Part shown: in pieces, positions 54,084-64,000 of the stretch
How positions within the stretch are numbered: position 1 is the stretch's first letter
Layout of the letters: every line of letters begins with the position of its first letter
Origin: Eledone cirrhosa
Lineage: Eukaryota
Direction: 5' to 3'
Assembly (NCBI GenBank): GCA_964016885.1
Contig: OZ024741.1
Location: forward strand, 141,484,001 to 141,548,000
Length of the DNA: 64,000 nucleotides
Made by a program: the position numbers and the translations under genes
Notes under the pieces: generated by a model
What the model was told of the DNA's origin: nothing
The model's database searches: none
Seen by the model: the letters and a program-made list of their open reading frames with translations, nothing else

Positions 54084-54117
54084 ATATATATATATTTAAG
54101 AGTTAAACAAGGTTCAA

Positions 54118-54201
<84 letters not shown>

Positions 54202-54270
54202 CATATATACATACATATAGATTATATTTTTGTTTTTAAAATCCAACGTCAATAAATACACCAGGATTCT

Positions 54271-54328
54271 TTCATTCTGATGATTGAAAGCAAAATGTGT
54301 TTGCTTTCAAGAAACCATGGTAAATTAA
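54271..54328 (+). ncRNA. Canonical-core hammerhead ribozyme (inverted copy at 55365-55422)
   Basis: ttcatt-CTGATGA-ttgaaagcaaa atgtg tttgctttcaa-GAAAC-catg-GTA-aattaa; 11-bp stem II. Confidence 0.88.
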
Positions 54329-54424
54329 ATAATTGCCTATGTTGTTTATTACATAACTATTAAGCTCTGTAACCTACGTAGAGCACTCCTTTTTCCTGGA
54401 CCTTTCCGACGGAATTACTTCATT

Positions 54425-54456
<32 letters not shown>

Positions 54457-54510
54457 AAATAAAGTAATTAAGTCAAATATTTAAGATTTAGCTTCGTTTA
54501 TTAAAGATGT

Positions 54511-54565
54511 ACTGCTATATATAAATCGGTGACAGCCGTCATTGGCTGTGACCTCTTCAGGCAGT
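54511..54565 (-). ncRNA. Decayed hammerhead (GAAA mutated to GATT)
   Basis: actgc-CTGAAGA-ggtcacagcc aatgac ggctgtcacc-GATTT-atat-ATA-gcagt. Confidence 0.6.
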
Positions 54566-54701
54566 TTATATTGGTGTGGTAGAGACAGGTACACATGTTG
54601 TTAAAGTGTTTTACTCCGTCAATACTCCGATATGTCCAGCTCCTGGTTGGGTTGTTATTTTTCTGAGGAACTGGAATCATAAGAATTTTAACAAACAAAT
54701 A

Positions 54702-54895
<194 letters not shown>

Positions 54896-54965
54896 CATAT
54901 ATATGTATACATATACATACATACATACATACATACATACATACATACATACATACATACATACA

Positions 54966-54998
<33 letters not shown>

Positions 54999-55218
54999 CT
55001 TTAACTATTATTACTCCAAGTATTAACCTGCATAGAAATTACGGCGATCTAGCTGCATAATTCTGGAAACATCTTGTTAAGTCAAACAAAGCCGTACGTT
55101 AAAACTATCCACGACGCGCAGTACTCATAACCTCTAACTGGATTACCTATAACGATAATTTGTTATCCCATATGTATCTATATATATATATATGCATATA
55201 TTGTTATATATGTATATG

Positions 55219-55272
<54 letters not shown>

Positions 55273-55495
55273 AAATAATTCCGTCGGAAAGGTCCAGGAA
55301 AAAGAAGTGCTCTATGTAGGTTACAGAGCTTAATAGTTATGTAATAAACAACATAGGCAATTATTTAATTTACCATGGTTTCTTGAAAGCAAACACATTT
55401 TGCTTTCAATCATCAGAATGAAAGAATCCTGGTGTATTTATTGACGTTGGATTTTAAAAACAAAAATATAATCTATATGTATGTATATATGTATG

Positions 55496-55554
<59 letters not shown>

Positions 55555-55565
55555 GTATATATACG

Positions 55566-55604
<39 letters not shown>

Positions 55605-55614
55605 GTATATATAC

Positions 55615-55715
<101 letters not shown>

Positions 55716-55716
55716 C

Positions 55717-55784
<68 letters not shown>

Positions 55785-55790
55785 GTATAT

Positions 55791-55852
<62 letters not shown>

Positions 55853-56067
55853 ATATACATATGTATATATATATTTATATATATATATATGTATGTATAT
55901 ATATATATGTATATATATATATTTATATATATATATATGTATGTATCTATATATATATGTATCTATATATATATGTATCTATATATATATGTATCTATAT
56001 ATATATATGTATCTATATATATATATATGTATCTATATATATATATATGTATCTATATATATATGTA

Positions 56068-56171
<104 letters not shown>

Positions 56172-56263
56172 CATAATGTAGGAGGTGAGTTTTATTGTAG
56201 TACAATAAAGCAATGCAGATATCGGATAAGAAGCACTCTACAGTTTGTAGGACTGGAGTATGC

Positions 56264-56661
56264 ATAATATAAGATAAAAAGATGGTTAAAGGAGTTCCAT
56301 GTATTTTATTATGCGCATTTCAAAAACAAACATCATCATGCAATAATATTTGTGTTTTCATCAGATAAAACAGAAGAACATGATATGAAGGGTAAAAAAC
56401 ACTTGTGGATAGTGCAGTTTTAAATCAACATATGAAAAGTGGTTTTAGATAATATTTTTCCCAATATCACACATCAATCTAAAACCACTTTTCATATGTT
56501 GATTTAAAACTGCACTATCCACAAGTGTTTTTTAGCCTTCATATCATGTTCTCCTGTTTTATCTGATGAAAACAAATATTATTGCATGATGATGTTTGTT
56601 TTTGAAATGCGCATAATAAAATACATGGAACTCCTTTAACCATCTTTTGATCTTATATTAT
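56264..56661. mobile_element. ~400-bp ORF-less hairpin element: two head-to-head HHR-bearing arms
   Basis: 56264-56450 is the reverse complement of 56477-56661 with several differences. Confidence 0.9.
56557..56621 (+). ncRNA. Canonical-core hammerhead ribozyme (inverted copy at 56304-56370)
   Basis: ttttat-CTGATGA-aaacaaatatt...gatgtttgttttt-GAAAT-gcgc-ATA-ataaaa; stem III palindrome ATGCGCAT. Confidence 0.9.
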
Positions 56662-56743
56662 ACATACATATATATATATAGAGATACATATATATATATA
56701 TAGATACATATATATATATATATAGATACATATATATATATAT

Positions 56744-56814
<71 letters not shown>

Positions 56815-56819
<5 letters not shown>

Positions 56820-57023
56820 GTATATATACATACATATATATGGGAGCTCCTACATGGACACACAAGAAGTGGAAGACCAAGGTTAACTTATGTTGATGCC
56901 CTAAGGACAGACACTGGTCTGTTGGAGACGCAGGACATGGCAGCGATATTGAGGGACAGAGACCGCTGGAGAGAACTCGTCCATGGATCTCGGGAATTTT
57001 ACCCGCCTTAGATAGATAGATAG

Positions 57024-57067
<44 letters not shown>

Positions 57068-57096
57068 ACATATATATATATGTATGTATACATATA

Positions 57097-57127
<31 letters not shown>

Positions 57128-57545
57128 GTATGTATACATATATATATGTATCTATACATATATGTATATATATATATGTATGTAAACATATACATATATA
57201 TATATATGTATATATATATATGTATGTAAACATATACATATATATATATACATATATGTATATATATATATGTATGTAAACATATACATATATATATATA
57301 CATATATGTATATATATATATGTATGTAAACATATACATATATATATATACATATATGTATATATATATATGTATGTAAAAATATACATATATATATATA
57401 CATATATGTATAGATACATATATATATATATGTATACATACATATATATATATATGTATATATACATATATATATGTATACATACATATATATATGTATA
57501 CATACATATATATATATATGTATACATACATATATATATATATGT

Positions 57546-57623
<78 letters not shown>

Positions 57624-57823
57624 CTATCTAAGGCGGGTAAAATTCCCGAGATCCATGGACGAGTTCTCTCCAGCGGTCTCTGTCCCTCAATATCGCTGCC
57701 ATGTCCTGCGTCTCCAACAGACCAGTGTCTGTCCTTAGGGCATCAACATAAGTTAACCTTGGTCTTCCACTTCTAGTGTGTCCATGTAGGAGCTCCCATA
57801 TATATGTATGTATATATACATAT

Positions 57824-57825
<2 letters not shown>
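56815..57825. repeat. Fold-back of an RTE 3' fragment around a TA-rich tract
   Basis: 56840-57010 is the reverse complement of 57628-57800, including flanking microsatellite. Confidence 0.9.
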
Positions 57826-57902
<77 letters not shown>

Positions 57903-58155
57903 ATATGTATGTATGTATATATATATATATGTATCTATATATATATATGTGTATATATATATATATGTATACATACATATATATATATATATATAAATAC
58001 ATATATATATATATATATACATACATATACATATATAATATATATATATACATACATACAACATATATATATATATATATACATACATACAATATATATA
58101 TATATACATACATACAATATATATACATACATACAATATATATATATACATACAT

Positions 58156-58239
<84 letters not shown>

Positions 58240-58244
<5 letters not shown>

Positions 58245-58590
58245 GGGATAACAAGTTATCGTCATAGGTAATCCAGTTAAAGTACTCCGCGTCGTGGATA
58301 GTTTTAACGTACGGCGTTGATTGACTCAACAAGATGTTTCCATAGTTATGCAGCGAACTCGCCGTAATTACTATACAGGTTATACTTGGAGTAATAATAG
58401 TTAAAGAAAGAAGAGTAACATGGCTGGCTGTACAATAATGGTTCTATTTAAAGTACTGACAATTGTTTCGTTTATCAGATGTGTCCAGAGTTCGCTAATC
58501 GCTTGAGGTTGCGTCAATCGATCTCCAATACATTGTTTAGCACTGGTCAACACGTCACGGTATGTAGATATGAAAATAATTCACTCGAGA
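58240..58590 (-). mobile_element. Solo pLTR remnant of the 47230/59000/62030 family (another at 55000-55180, plus strand)
   Basis: Shares ttattactccaagt, gagtcaa.caa.gcc, gatcg..cga.ctc and GAAACAATTGTC. Confidence 0.75.
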
Positions 58591-58597
58591 CAAGACT

Positions 58598-58719
<122 letters not shown>

Positions 58720-58745
58720 TGTGTGGGTGTGTGTATGTATGTATG

Positions 58746-58790
<45 letters not shown>

Positions 58791-59837
58791 GGATTAACAA
58801 ATAATAGTTAAATGCAGTCCACTTAGGTGAAGTCCAGTTATGGTATTCCAGGTAGTGGATAATATTAACGCTTGGCTTGGTTTGACTCAACAAGGCGTTT
58901 TCATAGTGATGCTGCGGGTATGCTGTAATTCCTATGTTGTAAACACTTGGAGTAATAATAAATCAGGAAAGAAGGTTTACATGGTTTGCTATACAAAAAA
59001 GTTTTTAATCACATAGCTTACATTTGTTTCACTGAACTGGTATGTCTAGAGATCGCTATCCGCCTAATTTTGCGTCACTCGATCGCCAATACAGAATTAT
59101 AACCAGTCAGATCTTCGGAGCATGCGAGAATGAAGAAAATACACAGGCAAGAAAAGAAAAGAAAATATGGAGTAGTTATGGCATTCAATTAGAACAATAA
59201 CAACAATTACAACAATGCTATCAATAAACTACTTAAGGAGACCCTGACATTACTTAGGTGGGGGCGGGGGGTATATAATGTATCTAATGTTACGGCGTGA
59301 AAACCAGCTGTCATAAGGCAAAAAGTATCGTAATGTGTATCAATTTTAAATTATAAAGATAAGCTAGTTTTTACAGTCTTTCTCTTCATCTTCAACAGTA
59401 TACATGAGTGGTACCACTGTCAAAGCTCAATAGTTGTAGAGTTAATACAGAGGTTAACGAATTAATATACGCATATATCTACGCACACACACACACATAT
59501 ATATATATAAATATATATACACATATATGTGTACATAGACACATACATACACATCAATATACACTCGTACAAAAATATACATACATGCAAAGAGAAAAGC
59601 GTGCTAATTGTAATTATGGCAAAAAGAAGGTAAAGTAACATTGTAGTAGTGAAATGAGAAAAACTAGGATCTAGGATCAAATGATTGCAGCAGCTGAGAA
59701 GGAGTAAGATTGTTGGTAGATGAGGTACTTACAGACAATTGTGTGGTATAGACTTGTGAAGGAAATAGTATACTTAATGAATATATTTCTATGGGTAGTA
59801 GGTATCCTAATTTAAAGCTATGTTATGTTGGTTCGAT

Positions 59838-62010
59838 TCACGGAGGTTTGAATCTTATGAATTTAGTGGCTATTCTATGTCTGCAGAAGATAGATCTTTC
59901 TAACTTATTATTAAGTAGCCTTTTAACATTTCTAAGGATATACAATAGCTCAAGATCACACAGCCCGCAATAGGACATCCCTGTACTATAGGTTTTAGCA
60001 GCCGACAACTTCGACCAGTTGATAGTGTAGCTAGCGTTGCTGTCCTTCAATTCCCATATTTTTCTGGCGAGGGTGGTGGAACCCAGAAGTGCACGGTTTT
60101 TCATTGAGTGCCTGTGCACATACCATCTTTTCTTAAAAGAACCCGCGGTGGATCCTATGTAATTCCAGGTGGAGTTACCCGAGATGACAGTGCACATGTA
60201 CACCAGGCTCGAATCGAGACATCTGTTCGCCAATGGGCACCTATCTGGGAGGTGACAGTTGCAGTTTGAGGCGCTATTTTGTGCAGCTTTTACATTCCTA
60301 TTTAGTACCCTGTTATAAGTGGGTTGTGATATATGCCCAATGGGGTTTTGCTGCTGCGCGTTTGTATGCGCTTGTGGTTGTGATGTTGTGATGAGTTTGT
60401 GCTTATGTATAGGTGCAATTGATTTACTTGAGATATTTCTGTGGTTGATCTTGCGTATGTGTGATTCTATGTTAGCTGCTGTTGAGAAAGAGAGTTTTAT
60501 AGTAGATCTATTGAGTATTTTGTGATATCTATGCGAGATAGGGAAGCGTTTATCTATTAGTTTAAAGAATGTAGAGGGCAGTCTAGTTTTTATAGAGGAG
60601 TTGAATATTGGGTTGAACCATAGGTATTTTCTTTGTCTGTTTTTCTATTGTTTCTAGGGTTTACGTTATTAGTGTTTTGGCCGTTTACTCTAGGTGTTAC
60701 ATGTCTAACCCTATGTCTAGTCAAGCTATTCCTATTATTATGTGAGCGGTTGGAGTAGAAATTACTAGGATTGTTTATGTTGTCCTTATTCACTATATAC
60801 TGTAGTTTATCTTTATGACCGGCCCTACTTAATGCTGCATTATAATAGTCAGCATGCTCGTTAAAGATTTCTAGGTTTGAGGATATGCGGGATATTCGAA
60901 GGGATATACTACGTGCTATGGATTTAATTATGGATTTGGGGTGATTTGAGTAGTAACTAATGTAGGCAAGATTTTCATTATTTTTGTGGAAAGGTTCTAT
61001 TAATCCAGTAATTAGATTTAGAGTTACATCTAGAAAATTTACCTTCTTATGGTTTAGTTCGTAGGTAATACTTAGGCCTAGTTTTTTGAAGAATATTCTA
61101 ATATTTTTCCTTAGTCTTTCCATGCTCTGGTTGTTTAGGTTCCTAGCTATAAGTAACGTGTCGTCCCTATAAATTCCTCCTTGGAGGTTACTGAAATCCT
61201 TATGTAGGTTGTGTGCTATGAATAGCCCCACGATATCTGTAATTTGCGCAGAATCATTTGATCCCATTGTAATATCGAAGTTATTTATTCTATCCTTTCT
61301 TACCCAGTAGTTATTTTCAAATTTTATTATAGTCCTTCTAGCAGCTATTATTATTTCAATTTCATCATGGGTAAGATCAGAGTTATTTTGGGCAAATATA
61401 AGCGCCTTATCTAGGGTAGCTGGGGATATGGATGCATAATAGTCGTCTATATCAAATTGTATGAAGTTACACGTCTCCCTATTTTGTATTTTATTGAACC
61501 ATTTAATTGCCTCGTTAGTGTTGCCCCATAAATTGATTTCTAGTTTACCCTTTATTTGTGCGATTACCCTATCTAGAATGTTTTTGCTAATTTTACCTAT
61601 GTCTGACTTGGATGGGCATATTAATCTAATGGTGGGATTAGTTTCAAAGTTATTTTTGTGATCTTTCAGGTTAAATGTAGGGTTGCACGGGGTAAGCGGT
61701 TCGGTCCTATCTGAAATTCCGAGTTTATTAACTATCTTGAGGCCCTCCATGTTTATGCTGGTGAGTGTAGATTCATTTGTTTTTTTATATTTTTTATGTA
61801 GTTCACGCTGAATAAAGTTATTGTATGTGTTAATGTCCATAGAGTATACGTTTGATGTTTTGTCTGCTTTTACTATGATACCGTTAGTGTCTTTTAGTTT
61901 TTTAAGTAATGTATTTAAGTCATTTTGCAATTTGTTGTGATTTGTTCTTTTTTTAAATTTAGTTTCACTTATCATGTTCATAAGGTCCAGCTCGAAGGCA
62001 TCGAGTGCGG
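59838..62010 (-). pseudogene. PLE RT plus GIY-YIG ORF, 5'-truncated, apparently with a single frameshift near 60630
   Basis: KADKT, LKDHK, IRLICPSKSDIGKISK, FIQFDIDDYY, FDITMGSNDSAQ, IYRDD, NFLDV, SNHP; WFNP; CNC..CPL..C; LVYMCTV..YIGST..FKKR; CGLC..E; CRH. Confidence 0.95.
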
Positions 62011-62392
62011 GGTTGTGTGTGTGTGTGTGCGTAGATATATGCGTATATTAATTCGTTAACCTCTGTATTAACTCGACAACTATTGAGCTTTGACAGTGGT
62101 CCCACTCATGTATACTGTTGAAGATGAAGAGAAAGACTGTAAAAACTAGCTTATCTTTATAATTTAAAATTGATACACACTACGATACTTTTTGCCTTAT
62201 GACAGCTGGTTTTCACGCCGTAACATTAGATACATTATATACCCCCCCCCCCCCACCTAAGTAATGTCAGGGTCTCCTTAAGTAGTTTATTGATAGCATT
62301 GTTGTAATTGTTGTTATTGTTCTAATTGAATGCCATAACTACTCCATATTTTCTTTTCTTTTCTTGCCTGTGTATTTTCTTCATTCTCGCAT

Positions 62393-62498
62393 GCTCCGAA
62401 GATCTGACTGGTTATAATTCTGTATTGGCGATCGAGTGACGCAAAATTAGGCGGATAGCGATCTCTAGACATACCAGTTCAGTGAAACAAATGTAAGC
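62393..62498 (+). ncRNA. Hammerhead-like motif with CCGAAGA core and ~80-nt stem II (ORF-sense copy at 59016-59121, minus)
   Basis: gct-CCGAAGA-tctgactggt...accagttcagt-GAAAC-aaat-GTA-agc. Confidence 0.7.
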
Positions 62499-62550
62499 TA
62501 TGTGATTAAAAACTTTTTTGTATAGCAAACCATGTAAACCTTCTTTCCTG

Positions 62551-62629
<79 letters not shown>

Positions 62630-62749
62630 AAAATGGAACGGGAACAAAACAGAGAGGCAGTACAAAGAAAGGTTTATTAGTTTCACGCAGGGGAGGGGAA
62701 TGTTTGCCACTATATATATGTGAGTTGTCCACGTTTCTTATTCCTATAA

Positions 62750-62897
62750 ATAATTGTTTCTACATTTGGCACAAGGCCAGCAATTGCCCAGTATATTCCT
62801 GGTACTTTATTTTATCGACCCTGTAAGGATGAAAGGCAAAGTTAACCTCGGCGGGATTTGAACTCAGATCATAAAACGCCGTAACTCTTTGCTGCAA
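62750..62897 (-). mobile_element. SINE family A, 5'-truncated
   Basis: Reverse complement of the SINE core and 3' end. Confidence 0.85.
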
Positions 62898-63701
62898 ATA
62901 AATAATAAGAGTTCATCTAAGTGATATCAGATCTGACACTTGTTTTCAATATTACCTTCTGTGCTGAACACGTCTGTTCTGTTCGGTCACAATCTTTATT
63001 TACTATTTGATATTTAACGATGTTGATATAGTAAATTTGATATTACCCAGATGTTATCACACTTTAATGTTTACAACGTAGCCAAAATATTGAGTAATCG
63101 TTTATTACACCCCTGTGATGTAATTATTGTTATAACTATTTCATTTTTTTTTTTTTTTTTTTGTCTGTCACGATTACAATATTGATTAAAATCAGAACAT
63201 TTTTCCCGATATAAACACTAGAGTTATTCAGCAATAAAGAAGAAAGCAAGTGATTTCCATCGGTTTCGTCAGTGAGTAAATAATTTGTTTGACGAATGGA
63301 ACAAACTACTCGTGAAATTAGCGTGTAAGTGGCGGAGTATCTCATATACATGTATACTTTTAACATAAGCCTCGGGTAGATTTAGCCTGACAAAGTGCGT
63401 GACATGCCTGCTCCTTTGAATTACAGATGCAGTTTATGAGATGGGCTCCAAAACAATTTCCGTTCACTCAATTTTACTCACATGACATGGCTCAACCCTA
63501 GGTCATGGTAAACAACACGTGCTCAAGATGTCACGTTGTGGGATCGAAGTCGCGATCTATCGATTGTGAAACAATTTCTTTAAGCTATCAACTATGAATT
63601 GTCTCCATTAATATTAATAGTTTCTAACATAGGCACAACATCGGAAAGTACTTAAGTGGTTCTTTATTTATCAAGTACCTTTCTTAACAGGGGTCAGCTC
63701 C

Positions 63702-63756
<55 letters not shown>

Positions 63757-64000
63757 ATTACCCTTTCTGACTTACTTTCATTCTTATCCTTGTCAATAAT
63801 TTCATTTATTTTCACTTTTATTTATTTTTTTATTTATTTTTACTTCACCCCCCCCCCCTCCCCCCTTTATTCTCCGATCCACTTCCTATTTTCTATTTTT
63901 TACTTCCCCTTCTTTTACTTCCCTTTTTCCTCTACTAACTGATTATACTTGTCTTTTGTGTTTTTCAAACCAGATATATTTTTCAATTTTATTTTTATTT

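Larger units (their letters stand above)
58790..62554 (-). mobile_element. Penelope-like insertion with ~0.54-kb inverted repeats (58959-59496 / 62015-62554), bounded by (TA)n
   Basis: Arms almost identical in reverse complement; HHR motif in each arm. Confidence 0.92.

Noticed and set aside
59838-62010. Selenocysteine recoding (UGA plus SECIS), reported for some Naiad PLEs
   Set aside because: Conserved Cys positions I could read are TGY, the breaks are frameshifts or TAA/TAG, and the stem-II insertion does not fit SECIS geometry by eye.

Overview
AT-rich, microsatellite-saturated eukaryotic non-genic DNA. The repeat content suggests a mollusc, probably an octopus, but this is inference. 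No host exon is recognisable, and most short ORFs in the track are translated (TA)n/(CA)n/(TACA)n repeats. The window is a stack of retroelements: six decayed Penelope-like elements (PLEs; RT with YRDD plus C-terminal GIY-YIG, Naiad-like), a near-intact Tx1/L1-clade ORF2, two R4/Dong-type restriction-like-endonuclease LINEs, RTE fragments, about a dozen copies of a tRNA-derived SINE, a non-autonomous Helitron and small MITEs. The main signal is not in the ORF track. About 20 hammerhead-ribozyme (HHR) motifs from about 13 sequence families can be folded by eye. They recur in one architecture: two ribozyme-bearing 3' ends joined head-to-head and pointing outward into (TA)n. The units range from about 5 kb with a PLE ORF down to about 120 bp with no ORF, and include a roughly 384-bp tandem retrozyme-like monomer. 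A second class of fold-backs is centred on (TA)n tracts. All folds and alignments were made by eye; coordinates are approximate to a few bases.
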